DNA from: Candidatus Multivoradales bacterium
GTDB taxonomy: Bacteria; Acidobacteriota; Thermoanaerobaculia; Multivoradales; J023
DNA: 64,000 nucleotides
NCBI GenBank assembly: GCA_965248925.1
Contig: CBDFLE010000005.1
Location: 1,280,001-1,344,000, forward strand
Reading direction: 5' to 3'
The position numbers and the translations under genes are program-made. This document shows, piece by piece, positions 50,015-63,347 of this stretch; positions within the stretch are counted from its first letter, which is position 1, and every line of letters begins with the position of its first letter. The notes beneath the pieces are model-generated. The model was given only the letters and a program-made list of their open reading frames with translations. It searched no databases and had not been told where the DNA came from.

Positions 50015-50586
50015 ATGAGTGAACTACCGGCTTCCGGAGTCACCCAACTGCTACTTGATTGGCGGCAGGGGGATCGGCAGGCCCTCGACAAGTTGACCCC
50101 GATCGTCTACCAGGAGCTACGCCAGCTGGCCCGGCGCTATATGCGCCACGAACGTACCGGCCATGTGTTGCAAACCACCGCTCTGGTGCACGAGGCTTAC
50201 CTGCGTCTGATCGGCTTGGAGATGGGCTTCGATGGCCGTCAACACTTCTTCGCCGTCGCCGCTCGGCTGATGCGTCGCGTATTGGTGGATTTCGCTCGCC
50301 AACGCCAGGCCGACAAACGCGGCGGGGGTAGCCACGACCTATCGGTCGACGAGATCGAAATCGCCGACAACAACGACGGCACCTGGAATCTGCTCGCTCT
50401 GGACGGTGCTCTGCGCCACTTGGCCAAGCTCGACGAGCGCAAAAGCCGGATTATCGAGCTACGCTTTTTCAGCGGGCTGACCATCGAACAGACCGGCGAG
50501 GTGCTCGAAATCTCGCACGCCACCGTCGAACGCGACCTGCGCCTGGCCCGAGCTTGGCTGAGCCGTGAACTCGGAGACCGCCGCTG

Positions 50587-50587
<1 letters not shown>
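50015..50587 (+). CDS. ECF sigma factor, kinase-associated type (ECF43/EcfK-like)
   Basis: VTQLL..W..GD, LQTTALVHEAYLRL, KRGG and ELRFFSGL motifs. TGATG coupling to the kinase gene. Confidence 0.9.
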
Positions 50588-53183
<2,596 letters not shown>

Positions 53184-53187
<4 letters not shown>

Positions 53188-53213
53188 CTTCTACCTCGTT
53201 GACTTCTACCTCG
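53184..53213 (+). repeat. 15-bp perfect tandem duplication
   Basis: (ttgacttctacctcg)x2 spanning the kinase stop codon, between convergent genes. Confidence 0.85.
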
Positions 53214-53218
53214 GTTTC

Positions 53219-54640
53219 TTACGGCCCCCGTTCCCAGCGGTCGATTTTTATCCCTCCGCCGCGGCTGTCCCAGTCCAGCAAAGTAGCAAAATCGGCCGAC
53301 TCTAGAATTACGTTTGCCGACGGCGAGCCGCACGCCGGGTAGCCCACCGCGGTCACCTGGTAGCCATTACCCATCTCGGCAAAAGCATGGCCTTCGCCGC
53401 TACTGCTGAGCTGAAACTCAGCATGGCCCTCGAGCAGCATTGCAAACGGCGTCGGGGCGACTGCACTGTAGCTGCGCAGCAGATCTGAGAGGTCACTGTC
53501 ACTAGCGCCTGCGCCAACCGCCAAATCGGCGAGAATCTCCTCGCTGAACATCAGGTTGCCGCCGACAGTCAGGGTGAAGCTCTCCTCTGCCGTGGTGCTG
53601 GCCGTGCCCACACCACCCAAGACATCCACCGCGGAGTCGATCATTGCCATCGCTGTTACCGAGTAGAGCACGCTGCTGGCACAACTTTGCTGGCACGAGG
53701 CCCCCGACAACAACCGCAGGTCCATCTGCACATCCAAATAGCCGTCGAAGAGGTAGTCCTCGGCATAGGTCAACGCGGGAAACAGTGGATGCCCGACGGC
53801 TTGCCCAGAAACACAGTGTGCCAGGCCAAGCTCAACACCTCCCCGTTCGGCGAAGGCCCAAGAGCGGCCGTAGGAATCCACATAGTCTGGCCCTGTCTTA
53901 CGGCTAAGAATCTCCAGCTTGCTGGCGGGTCCGACCACCACTTGCCAGGCATAGACGCACTCGGCGCCGGGCCCAAGCTCAACGCTGATCAAGCTGCCGA
54001 CCACCTGATCCGCCTGACTCAGCAGCATCGACGATTCCTGCGCCAAGTGAGGATAGGCAGTCGAAATCTGCATCACTCGCTCACTCAGCGAGCCCTCGCC
54101 GTATTCTTGCAAAGCCAGGTCGAGCTGCTCCGTCACCACCACCGCGCCCTCAAATCGGCCGGCCAACAAACGGTAAGCGCAAGCCCCCCGATCACAGCGA
54201 TACTGGGCCAGGTAGTCACGCCGGACACTGATCGGCGCTGCCCAAGCACTCTCAACAGTGACGCTGAAACTCGGTCCCCACCTGTGAGCTTTGGCAAGAG
54301 CCTCGCTCACGACTAGAGTCTCCAATACACCGGGCGTCGAGCTGACCGCCTGGCTAGCCACCGGGTTTCCCTCAAGATCCCGAACCACCAAGGCGAGACT
54401 GTATTCAGCCAGCTGGTCCGGCTTCCACATCACAGTTATCAACAGGTCATCCGCCGACGCCTGAACCGCCAGGATGGAGGCGGTCAGTACCGGCCTGACT
54501 TGCGGCGCCTGCCGCTGCTGTAACGTCTGGGTCTGGCCCAGTACCATGCCCGCCCACAGGGTAGCGGCAATCACTACCCAGCTACGGCGACCGATTCGAC
54601 CACCCGCAACATTTATCTTGTTCGCCATTTCAAACCTCAT
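53219..54640 (-). CDS. Secreted hypothetical protein
   Basis: 473-aa ORF with a signal-peptide-like N-terminus, paired cysteines and beta-rich composition. Confidence 0.7.
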   Translation of the reverse strand: MRFEMANKINVAGGRIGRRSWVVIAATLWAGMVLGQTQTLQQRQAPQVRPVLTASILAVQASADDLLITVMWKPDQLAEYSLALVVRDLEGNPVASQAVSSTPGVLETLVVSEALAKAHRWGPSFSVTVESAWAAPISVRRDYLAQYRCDRGACAYRLLAGRFEGAVVVTEQLDLALQEYGEGSLSERVMQISTAYPHLAQESSMLLSQADQVVGSLISVELGPGAECVYAWQVVVGPASKLEILSRKTGPDYVDSYGRSWAFAERGGVELGLAHCVSGQAVGHPLFPALTYAEDYLFDGYLDVQMDLRLLSGASCQQSCASSVLYSVTAMAMIDSAVDVLGGVGTASTTAEESFTLTVGGNLMFSEEILADLAVGAGASDSDLSDLLRSYSAVAPTPFAMLLEGHAEFQLSSSGEGHAFAEMGNGYQVTAVGYPACGSPSANVILESADFATLLDWDSRGGGIKIDRWERGP

Positions 54641-54893
54641 GTCGTCGTCCGCTCTCCAGCCCTTCCAGGAACACCCCCCATTTGGAAGAAGGCCGGCGGC
54701 TCGCCCTCAATCCGGGGCGAAAATCCGCACTTCATGGCATCAACAATTGAAGCTAAACCGCTGGATCAGGCGCACTCAGCACGTAATTTCCCTCATTCGA
54801 CAGAAAAAAAGGTCAAATTATCGAGATCTCCTTGCCGCTCGGATAATGCCAGAAGAGGAGGACAAAGGAGCCGGAGCGTGACCGTCGAGAGCC

Positions 54894-55433
54894 CTACCAA
54901 TAAGCTTCCAGCTCGACCCCGAGACCATCGGCCAGCCGATTGACGAAAGCGAAGTAGGAGGTCACCTGGGCGATGTCTAGAATCGCCGAATCCTCAAACC
55001 CGGCCGCCCGTAAGGCGGCGATATCGTCCTGCCTCATTTTCCATGGCTCGCTCGTCAGCTTGACCGCGTAGTCGAGCATGGCGCGGTCGTCCGCAGCCAG
55101 GCCAGCTTGCCGGTAATCGGCGGCCAGGGCGACCACCAAATCCGGATCTGAGGTGAGTTGACGGAGCCCCGCTCCGTGATGAGTCAGTCAGTAGTGGCAG
55201 CGGTTGGCAGCCGAAACCACCACCGCGATCATCTCCCGACGCGCCTTGCTGAGCGGCGACGGACCGTGCATCACGGTGCGGTATAGCTCCAAGTGCCCAC
55301 GCAGGGTGGGTGGATTCAAGCTATGAATCTTGAGAATGTTGTCGACCCCGCCCCACGACGCTAGAAAACGCTTGTAGAGCCGCTTCAACGGGCCTTCTGC
55401 TTGCTCTTCGTCAATCGTCCGAATCCACGCCAT
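54894..55433 (-). CDS. AhpD/CMD-like peroxidase-related protein, probable selenoprotein (CxxU)
   Basis: Two in-frame ORFs joined by TGA at 55188-55190, reading NRCHY(U)LTHHGAGL. SECIS-like hairpin 10 nt downstream. C-terminal FVNRLADGLG. Confidence 0.85.
55161..55177 (-). promoter_or_regulatory. Putative bacterial SECIS element
   Basis: mRNA ACGGAGC-GGG-GCUCCGU stem-loop with a G-rich loop just 3' of the in-frame UGA. Confidence 0.7.
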
Positions 55434-55980
55434 CGCTCGACCTCCAGCGCTCATTAGAACATGCCAATCGGCGGTCTGCGGAGCGGCGCTCGAGGTCTAG
55501 TAAGCCGGCTTTGAAAGCCAGACCGCCAGCGAAGCGGATGAGCGAGCCATCGGCACCGACCAGGCGATGGCAAGGTACGATAACCGCGATCGGATTGAGG
55601 CCGTTGGCGCGCCCCACCGCGCGGGCCGCGCGCGGCCGACCCATGGCCGCCGCCAGCTGTCCATAGCTCCGCGTCTCACCACAGGGAATGCGGCCCAACC
55701 GCCGCCAAACCTGGCACTGAAAATCGCTGCCGACCAGCTTCAGCTCAACCGCGAATTGTTGCCGCTCGCCGGCGAAGAACTCCTCCAGCTGATGCCGAAC
55801 ATGGCGAGTACGTTCGGGATCTTCGACCACTTCCCGGCCCAACCCGGCTGCCGGTCGCAGATCGATCGCTCGCCGGCCGGACGGAAAGGTTAGCTGCCAC
55901 AGCCGGCCTTGACCGTCGGTGACGATCCGCAATTTGCCATAGGGTGCGGAGTAGCAACTACTGTAGAGCAAAGCGCTCAT
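55411..55980 (-). CDS. ogt: Methylated-DNA--protein-cysteine methyltransferase
   Basis: FQ..VW..L..IP.GET.SY, RAVGRANG.NP and active-site PCHR. ATGA overlap with the upstream gene. Confidence 0.92.
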   Translation of the reverse strand: MSALLYSSCYSAPYGKLRIVTDGQGRLWQLTFPSGRRAIDLRPAAGLGREVVEDPERTRHVRHQLEEFFAGERQQFAVELKLVGSDFQCQVWRRLGRIPCGETRSYGQLAAAMGRPRAARAVGRANGLNPIAVIVPCHRLVGADGSLIRFAGGLAFKAGLLDLERRSADRRLACSNERWRSSDGVDSDD

Positions 55981-57200
55981 CCTAGATCCTGTAGAGAATC
56001 CCAGAAGTGGAAAGTAGCCAGACTGCGGTAGGGGGCGAAAGGCCGCAGCAGCTCGGCGGTCTGCGGATCGTCGGGACGCTGATCGAGGGTAAAGAAGAAC
56101 TGCAAAGCACGGCGCAAGGCGGCATCCCCGAGGGGCACACAATCGGCCAGGCCCCAAACCCGCATCATCAGATACCGCACCGACCAAATGCCGAGCCCAC
56201 GGATCGCCAACAGACGTTGCTCTAGACGATCAGCTGGCAACTTGCCGACCCGGTCTAGATCCAGCTCTCCGGTCGCCACCGAGCGGGCGATGGCTGACAG
56301 GTACTCGGCCTTGCGCTGCGAAAAACCACAGCGGCGAAAATCGCTCAGCGCCAATTCAGCCACCCGCTTGGCTGACGGCGGTGCGATCAGCTCGCCCGGC
56401 CCCGGTCGGCCGAATGCCGCGGTCAGCCGGCGACGCTGAGCAAAAGCCACCGGCAGGCTGACTTGCTGGCCAGCGATCACCCAGATCAACCCGTCGAAGG
56501 CGTCGCGGGTCTGCGGCACCACCAGTCCGCGCCGCCGCAACAGCCGGCGGCCGACGGCAAACCCCTGGCAAGAGCGCTCGAACGGCGCCGGGTCGGCTGC
56601 CAATCCGAGAACTCGCAGCAGCAAGCGATGGGCTGTCAGAGCGGCGCCTGGCGGTATCTCAGCCGGCGCCGTCAGCCGGCAGTGCAGCACTCCCAGACGC
56701 CGCAGCCCCGAAACCTCAAGCACCTCGCCGCTCTGCTCGATCGCTAGTCCACAGCGTCCACCTTGCACTCTCTCTGAATGACTCTTAGCGTCCCGACCAA
56801 AGTGCTGCCAGGCCTGCTCAAACGCAGGCCGCGTCGGCAAGCGGAGTTGAAATTCTGCACAACCAGGCTGCGCCAGCTGGCGATAGGCCCGCGGCGTGAT
56901 TCGCAGGCGGCGGGTGAAATGGTGCTGCAACACTGATCGCGACTTGAAGCCCACCCCCTCGGCAACTTCGTCAATGGCGTACCTGGTGGTGGCAAGCACT
57001 CGCCGCGCCGCCCGCAAGCGCTGTTGAAGCAGGAATTCCTCGGCGCGCAGGTGGTAGCGCTGCTCGAAGAACCGCCGCAGCTGGCTACTGGACAGCCCGC
57101 TAGCGGCCGTCAGCTGGGCTGGATGGGTGATCGCGCCGGGGTCGGCGCGCAGCGCCTCCACCCATGCCACCGAGCGATCATGCTGCTTGTTGCTGGTCAT
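55977..57200 (-). CDS. alkA: AraC-HTH / AlkA DNA-3-methyladenine glycosylase fusion
   Basis: AraC HTH (VAEGVGF), IAGQQVS, HhH IRGLGIWS, PLGD and FAPYRS motifs. Confidence 0.85.
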   Translation of the reverse strand: MTSNKQHDRSVAWVEALRADPGAITHPAQLTAASGLSSSQLRRFFEQRYHLRAEEFLLQQRLRAARRVLATTRYAIDEVAEGVGFKSRSVLQHHFTRRLRITPRAYRQLAQPGCAEFQLRLPTRPAFEQAWQHFGRDAKSHSERVQGGRCGLAIEQSGEVLEVSGLRRLGVLHCRLTAPAEIPPGAALTAHRLLLRVLGLAADPAPFERSCQGFAVGRRLLRRRGLVVPQTRDAFDGLIWVIAGQQVSLPVAFAQRRRLTAAFGRPGPGELIAPPSAKRVAELALSDFRRCGFSQRKAEYLSAIARSVATGELDLDRVGKLPADRLEQRLLAIRGLGIWSVRYLMMRVWGLADCVPLGDAALRRALQFFFTLDQRPDDPQTAELLRPFAPYRSLATFHFWDSLQDLG

Positions 57201-57355
57201 CCGCCGATGATAAGACGCCTACCGGTGATAGACCACCGCAAACCCGCCGACAGCCGATAAGACACCAAGCGACTCGCCCCGCCTACCACCCACTAGTTGC
57301 GGTGGGATAGACTGACCAGAATTCCATCAAGCTAGATGTAGCCAGAGCTACGAGC

Positions 57356-58627
57356 ATGAACGGCGCAGGCGCGGGGGGTGTTGTGGACAGGAGATACCTA
57401 ATAGTTAGCGGTAGCGGGGCTCAGCGGCATGGTCGCTCGGCTGAGCCGCAGCAGGACTCACAGCAGCGAGCCGAGCGCTTCGATGTCTTGCTGGAAACAC
57501 CGCAACTACTGATCCTGCGTAACGACAGCAACGGCAGAGCAACCCGCGGCGAACGAGTGCTGATGGCCGGCCAGATCGTCTCCAATTCGACAGTGCTGGA
57601 AGTCGTCAACCTGATCGCCTCCTCGCGCTGGGCCGGCGCGCTGCACCTCTATGGCGACGACTCCCATCGCTTGCTGGGGTTCTACAACGGCGTCTTGCGC
57701 TACGCCGAGAGCGATCACCCCGAAGATCGTCTCGACAAGGTACTCCGCCGGATCGGCGTGCTCAGTCCAGCCCAAGTCGAACAGGTGATGCGGGGGATCA
57801 AGCCGGAGCAGCGCTTTGGCGAGTTACTAATCGAGCACGGCTTGGTCGAACGCAAGGAACTCTTCACCTACCTTGGCCGGCAGATCGAGCAAATCCTGCT
57901 GGCCGCAGTATTGGAGGACCAAGGCACCTATGCCTTCCTGGTATCTGACGACGTCGGCCCACCCCCTGCCGCCACCGCTCACATCCCTCTCCAAAGCCTG
58001 CTGCTCGACGCTGCTGAGCGAGTTGATAAGTTGTCGATTTTCAGCAGGCTGATTCCCGACTCGTCGATGTGTCCGGAGGTCTGCGAGGGGGTCGATGTCG
58101 CCCAACTCGACCCGCGGCAACGACTCGTGCTTGGCTACTGCGACGGTCAGCGCAGCCTGAACGAAATCGGCAGTGAGACTTGGTTGGGACGCTTTCAGAC
58201 CTTGGAGATCGCCTACCAACTGCTGCGCGGAGGCCAAATCCAGCTCTGCCCGCCACAGCTCAGCCCAGCACAACATGCCGCGGAATTGATCGAGCCGTTC
58301 AACCAGAGCCTGGTAGAGATCTACGAAGCTATTGAGTCGTCGGGGCAGGTCGAGCGGGTACGTAGGGACCTGGCCACTTGGGTTGGTGAGCAGGCCGACA
58401 GCAGCCGCATCGACGACGCCTTGGCAAAGGATGGGTTGGTCAGTGTCGAAGCGATCGCCAATGTGCTGCGCGAGTCGGCCAGCAGACACGTCCTCGCCGA
58501 TCTCAACGCCACCTTGCACGAGCTGACCTCCTTCGCCCTTTTCTCGGCCTCATTGTGGTTGATGCGCGAAGAAGAGCGCGACCTGAGCCGTAGGATTCAT
58601 CGACGGCTGAAAAAAGCCAAGGGCTGA
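57356..58627 (+). CDS. DUF4388 (PATAN-like) domain protein
   Basis: EVVNLI...RWAGAL, G.LRYA.S, RFGELLIEHG, LLLDAAERVD and CDGQRSL patterns. Confidence 0.7.
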   Translation: MNGAGAGGVVDRRYLIVSGSGAQRHGRSAEPQQDSQQRAERFDVLLETPQLLILRNDSNGRATRGERVLMAGQIVSNSTVLEVVNLIASSRWAGALHLYGDDSHRLLGFYNGVLRYAESDHPEDRLDKVLRRIGVLSPAQVEQVMRGIKPEQRFGELLIEHGLVERKELFTYLGRQIEQILLAAVLEDQGTYAFLVSDDVGPPPAATAHIPLQSLLLDAAERVDKLSIFSRLIPDSSMCPEVCEGVDVAQLDPRQRLVLGYCDGQRSLNEIGSETWLGRFQTLEIAYQLLRGGQIQLCPPQLSPAQHAAELIEPFNQSLVEIYEAIESSGQVERVRRDLATWVGEQADSSRIDDALAKDGLVSVEAIANVLRESASRHVLADLNATLHELTSFALFSASLWLMREEERDLSRRIHRRLKKAKG

Positions 58628-58826
58628 GTCCACCGGTCCATCCCGCAATTGATCTCAACCCGACGCTCCACTTGCCGTATGAAACAGCAGCATTCAACTC
58701 AGCAAGACGCCGACTACCGACCCGAGCCCACCATTGGCCGACTCGGCAGTGACAGCGATCCGCACCCTTGGTAGCATTCAGAATGCCCACTAAGGGCTGG
58801 CAAATGCACCAATCAAGAGATCTAGA

Positions 58827-60059
58827 ATGGAAGAGACCAACGACCCCCTCAACCAACTACGTATCGACCGCAGCAAAAGCCATTCCCGCGGTGCGGGTCG
58901 CACCACGCTGTGGTTGCTCAGCCTGGTCCTCCTACTGCTCGCTGCCGCTGGCGGTTGGTGGTGGCTGCGCGGCCAGCGGACCACCGAGGTTGGCACCGCC
59001 TTGGTGCGTCTGTCCACTACCAGCGAAGCTTCCCAAGCAACCGCCGTGCTCGACGCTTCAGGCTATGTCGTGCCCCGGCGACGAGCTACCGTATCCTCCA
59101 AGATCACCGGCAAGATCGTCGAAGTGATGGTCGAGGAAGGACTTGAGGTACGGCAGGGACAGATCCTCGCCCGGCTCGACGATGCGACCCCGCGGCGACG
59201 CCTGGCTCTGGCCCAAGCCCAGCTAGAATCGGCCCGCAGCCAACTCGACGAGACCGCGGTGCGCATCGCCGAAGGACGACTTGATCTAGAACGCCAGGTC
59301 TCCCTCACCCGTTCGGCGGTTGGCAGCCAAGCCGATCTCGATCGCGCCCAAGCCTCACTCGACGCCCTCGAAGCCCGCCACCGCACCGGCCAGATCGAGG
59401 TCAAAGTCGCTCAGCGCCAGATCGAGCTGCGCCGCCAGGATCTCGAAGACACCATCATCCGCGCCCCTTTCGACGGCATCGCGGTGACCAAGAACGCCCA
59501 ACCGGGCGAGATGATCTCGCCGGTTTCGGCCGGCGGCGGATTCACCCGCACCGGTATCGGGACTCTAGTCGACATGACTTCTCTAGAAATCGAAGTCGAT
59601 GTCAACGAGACTTACATCAACCGAGTGCAAACCGGTCAGAGAATCACCGCCGTGCTCGATGCTTATCCCGGCTGGCAAATCCCGGCGTCGGTGATCACCA
59701 TCGTGCCGACCGCAGACCGGCAACGCGCCACGGTCCGCGTGCGCATTGGTTTCGACCAGCTCGACCCGCGAATTCTGCCAGATATGGGGGTCAAAGTGTC
59801 CTTCCTCGACAGCGCGCCGCCGGTGACCGCAGACCAGCCCCGCAAACGGCTGCTGATGCCCGCCGCGGCGTTAATCGCCGACAGCGAAAACGATGAAGTC
59901 TGGGTGGTCGAAGCCGGCCATGTGCGACGTCAGAGCATCGATGTCGGGCCCCGCAGCGGCGACACCATCGAGATTCGCGGCGGCTTGAGCGAAGGCCAAA
60001 AAGTGGTCATCAGCGGCGGCGAAGCGCTTGCCGATGGCGACGAGGTGAGCGACAGCTAG
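58827..60059 (+). CDS. Efflux periplasmic adaptor subunit (MacA-like)
   Basis: N-terminal TM, VSSKITGKI..V.VEEG, IRAPFDG and EVDVNE motifs. Confidence 0.92.
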   Translation: MEETNDPLNQLRIDRSKSHSRGAGRTTLWLLSLVLLLLAAAGGWWWLRGQRTTEVGTALVRLSTTSEASQATAVLDASGYVVPRRRATVSSKITGKIVEVMVEEGLEVRQGQILARLDDATPRRRLALAQAQLESARSQLDETAVRIAEGRLDLERQVSLTRSAVGSQADLDRAQASLDALEARHRTGQIEVKVAQRQIELRRQDLEDTIIRAPFDGIAVTKNAQPGEMISPVSAGGGFTRTGIGTLVDMTSLEIEVDVNETYINRVQTGQRITAVLDAYPGWQIPASVITIVPTADRQRATVRVRIGFDQLDPRILPDMGVKVSFLDSAPPVTADQPRKRLLMPAAALIADSENDEVWVVEAGHVRRQSIDVGPRSGDTIEIRGGLSEGQKVVISGGEALADGDEVSDS

Positions 60060-60096
60060 AGACCCCGGTGAACCCAACGAGCCATAGGAGCCCCCA

Positions 60097-60828
60097 ATGA
60101 AAGATAGCCAGCAGCAAACCGCCACCCCTTTGGTGAAAGTGCGCAACGTCCACAAGGTCTACACTCGCGGCAGCGAGAAGATCGATGTCTTACAGTCCTT
60201 GAGCCTCGACGTTCCGGCGGGTGATTTCCTTGCCCTGATGGGTCCCTCAGGCTCCGGCAAGACCACCTTGCTCAACCTGATGGGTGGTCTCGATCGACCG
60301 AGTTCCGGCGAAGTAGTGGTCGCCGGCACGGCGATTCACCAGGCCTCGAGCGGCCAGCTCACCCGCTGGCGGGCGCGCCATGTCGGTTTTGTTTTTCAGT
60401 TTTACAACCTGCTGCCGGTGTTGACCGCCGAGCGCAACGTCGAGCTGCCCTTGTTGCTCACCAACTTGAGCAAATCCACGCGCCGTCAACACGTCGCCAC
60501 CGCCCTCAAGGTAGTGGGCTTGGCCGATCGCGCCCAGCACTACCCGCGACAACTCTCAGGCGGTCAGGAGCAGCGGGTCGGCATCGCCCGCGCTATCGTC
60601 AGCGACCCGACGTTGATCCTTGCTGACGAGCCCACCGGCGACCTCGACCGCCAATCCGGCGACGAGATCCTCGATCTGCTGGTGGCGCTCAACCGAGATC
60701 ATGGCAAGACCATCGTCATGGTCACCCATGATCCCCTGGCCGCCGCTCGCGCCAAACGCATCTTGCATCTCGACAAGGGTGCCTTGGTCGAGCCTTCACA
60801 GGCTACCCGCCGCGAGGCCAGCGCATGA
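60097..60828 (+). CDS. ABC transporter ATP-binding protein (MacB/LolD type)
   Basis: [16 protein letters not shown] and ADEPTG motifs. Confidence 0.95.
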   Translation: MKDSQQQTATPLVKVRNVHKVYTRGSEKIDVLQSLSLDVPAGDFLALMGPSGSGKTTLLNLMGGLDRPSSGEVVVAGTAIHQASSGQLTRWRARHVGFVFQFYNLLPVLTAERNVELPLLLTNLSKSTRRQHVATALKVVGLADRAQHYPRQLSGGQEQRVGIARAIVSDPTLILADEPTGDLDRQSGDEILDLLVALNRDHGKTIVMVTHDPLAAARAKRILHLDKGALVEPSQATRREASA

Positions 60829-61973
60829 AGTACTTTCATTTGGTGTTTCGCAACTTGATGCGCAAGAAAGTACGCACCTTCTTCACCCTGGCCTCGATCT
60901 TCGTCTCCTTCTTGCTCTTTGGCCTGCTGACCGCCTTCAAGACCGCTTTTAGTTTGGGCGTCGATCTGGTGGGGGTCGACCGGCTGATCATGTTGCACAA
61001 GGTATCGATCATCCAACAGTTGCCGGCCAAGTACCAAGCCAGGATCGAGGCCGATGAAGGGGTTGTCGCGGTCACCCACGCCAGTTGGTTCGGCGGCATC
61101 TACCAGGAACCGAAGAACCAGTTTGCCCAGATGGCGGTTGAGCCCGTTGGGTATCTCGAGATGTATCCCGAGTTCTTGCTGCCCGAGGACCAAAAGCAGG
61201 CATGGATCGCCGACCAAACCGGCGCCGTTGTGGGGCGCAACACCGCCGATCGCTTCGAGTGGAAGATCGGCGATCGGATCCCAATCCAGGGCACCATTTG
61301 GCGCACCCCGGACGGCTCCCCCTGGGAATTCACCATCCGCGGCATTTACGACGGCGAAGAAAAAGGTACCGACACCACCCAGTTCTTGTTCCACAAGAAA
61401 TACCTGTCCGAGGTCACCAACTTCCACGGCACCGTTGGTTGGTACCTGATTCGCATCGCCGATCCCGACAATGCGCCAGCGATCGCTGACCGAATCGACG
61501 CCATGTTTGCCAACTCCCAGGCCGAGACCAACACCACCACCGAAAAGGCTTTCGTACAGTCCTTCGCCAACCAGATCGGCAACATCGGCAAGATCGTCAG
61601 CGGTATTGTCTCAGTCGTCTTCTTCATCTTGCTGTTAGTCGCCGGCAATACGGTTGCCAACTCGGTTCGCGAGCGCACCAGCGAGCTCGCGGTGATGAAA
61701 ACCCTGGGCTTCAGCGACCGCAAAGTGATGGGCCTGGTGCTCGCCGAATCGATGCTCTTGGCAGTCCTCGGCGGCGGCACCGGCTTGCTGTTGGTGTATT
61801 GGCTGACTAACGCCTACGAACTCGGCGGCCGCTTCCTGCCGATCCTCTTCATGCCTCCTGGTGCGTTAATCCTAGGAGTCGTATTGGTGCTAGCGCTCGG
61901 TCTGGTGACCGGGCTGATCCCCGCCATTCAGGCGTTGCGTCTGGAAATCATCACCGCACTACGGAGGGCCTGA
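60825..61973 (+). CDS. ABC transporter permease (MacB/FtsX type)
   Basis: Four-TM topology with a large periplasmic loop and ERTSELAVMKTLGF. Confidence 0.92.
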   Translation: MKYFHLVFRNLMRKKVRTFFTLASIFVSFLLFGLLTAFKTAFSLGVDLVGVDRLIMLHKVSIIQQLPAKYQARIEADEGVVAVTHASWFGGIYQEPKNQFAQMAVEPVGYLEMYPEFLLPEDQKQAWIADQTGAVVGRNTADRFEWKIGDRIPIQGTIWRTPDGSPWEFTIRGIYDGEEKGTDTTQFLFHKKYLSEVTNFHGTVGWYLIRIADPDNAPAIADRIDAMFANSQAETNTTTEKAFVQSFANQIGNIGKIVSGIVSVVFFILLLVAGNTVANSVRERTSELAVMKTLGFSDRKVMGLVLAESMLLAVLGGGTGLLLVYWLTNAYELGGRFLPILFMPPGALILGVVLVLALGLVTGLIPAIQALRLEIITALRRA

Positions 61974-61975
61974 GC

Positions 61976-63163
61976 ATGCGCTGGTTAAAGCAAGTCTGGT
62001 CGATCACCCTATTTAATTTGCGCAACCTGCGCCAACGCCTCGGCTCCTCAGCGGTCACCATTCTCGGTGTTGCCGGCGTGGTGATGGTCTTCGTCGGCAT
62101 TCTGTCGATCGCCGCCGGTTTCCAGCACACCCTGCAATCGACCGGCGATCCGCAGAACGTGTTGGTAATGCGCGCTGGCAGCGACACCGAAATGAACAGT
62201 GGCCTCGGGCTCGAAGCCACCAAGATCATCGCCGATGCTCCCGGCATTTTGCACGGAGAAAGCGGCTCGCTGGCCTCGGCGGAACTCTTTGTAGTCGTCG
62301 ATCAGGCAAAGAAGTCGACCGGAACCTCGGCCAACGTGCCGTTGCGAGGAATCGGTCCCCAAGCCTACGAAGTGCGCAAAAAATTCGAGATCGTCGAGGG
62401 GCGGCGATTCGAACCCGGCCGCAACGAAGTTATCGTCGGCAAGGCAGCAGCCGCAGAATTCGTCGGTCTTGAGGTCGGCAATGTGCTGCGCTGGGGACAG
62501 AACGAGTGGACCGTAGTCGGCCACTTCTCCACCGACGGCACCGTCGAAGATTCCGAGTTGTGGACCGACGCTCGAGTGCTGCAGCCCGCCTACCGCCGCG
62601 GTACCTCATTCCAATCCGTCCGTCTGCGGCTCGAGTCCGCTGGCGGTTTCGATAACCTCAAACAAACCTTGACCGACGATCCGAGGATCAACGTCAAGGT
62701 AATCCGCACCAGCGAGTACTACGCATCTCAGGCCAGCATCATGAGCGGCATGATCCGTTTCGTCGGCATGTCGGTCGGCCTGCTAATGGGTTTCGGCGCC
62801 ATCTTCGGCGCCCTCAACACCATGTACCAGGCGGTCGCCGCCCGCACCCGAGAGATTGCCACCTTGCGCGCCTTGGGCTTTAGCGCCGGCCCGGTAGTGG
62901 TCTCCGTGCTGGTCGAGGCGCTGGCCTTAGCGGCGATCGGCGGCCTGCTCGGCGGCGGTCTGGCCTACCTACTGTTCAACGGCTTCCAGGCCGCGACCCT
63001 CAACTTCAGCAGCTTCAGCCAGGTAGCCTTCGCCTTCGCCGTCACCCCGGCGCTGATCGTCGGCGGCCTGCTCTACGCCCTCGCCATGGGCCTGATCGGC
63101 GGCTTCTTCCCCGCCATCCGCGCCGCCCGGCTGCCGGTGGCGACGGCGCTGCGGGAGCTTTGA
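61976..63163 (+). CDS. ABC transporter permease (MacB/FtsX type)
   Basis: RTREIATLRALGF and PAIRAARLP motifs. Confidence 0.92.
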   Translation: MRWLKQVWSITLFNLRNLRQRLGSSAVTILGVAGVVMVFVGILSIAAGFQHTLQSTGDPQNVLVMRAGSDTEMNSGLGLEATKIIADAPGILHGESGSLASAELFVVVDQAKKSTGTSANVPLRGIGPQAYEVRKKFEIVEGRRFEPGRNEVIVGKAAAAEFVGLEVGNVLRWGQNEWTVVGHFSTDGTVEDSELWTDARVLQPAYRRGTSFQSVRLRLESAGGFDNLKQTLTDDPRINVKVIRTSEYYASQASIMSGMIRFVGMSVGLLMGFGAIFGALNTMYQAVAARTREIATLRALGFSAGPVVVSVLVEALALAAIGGLLGGGLAYLLFNGFQAATLNFSSFSQVAFAFAVTPALIVGGLLYALAMGLIGGFFPAIRAARLPVATALREL

Positions 63164-63347
63164 GGAAGGAGGGATTTTTTGTGGCTTCACGGATCCGCAG
63201 AGGAGCCTTCTCTGGTGAACATGAGACAGCAGGTCACCACTTCAAGAGTCCCTGAGCCCAACTGTTCGGTGCAAACTTTTGAAGGCGCCGCCCACTCTTG
63301 CCGTTCTCGAACTGCGCAGATTGAGAATGACCTTGAGTTCCAGTGGC

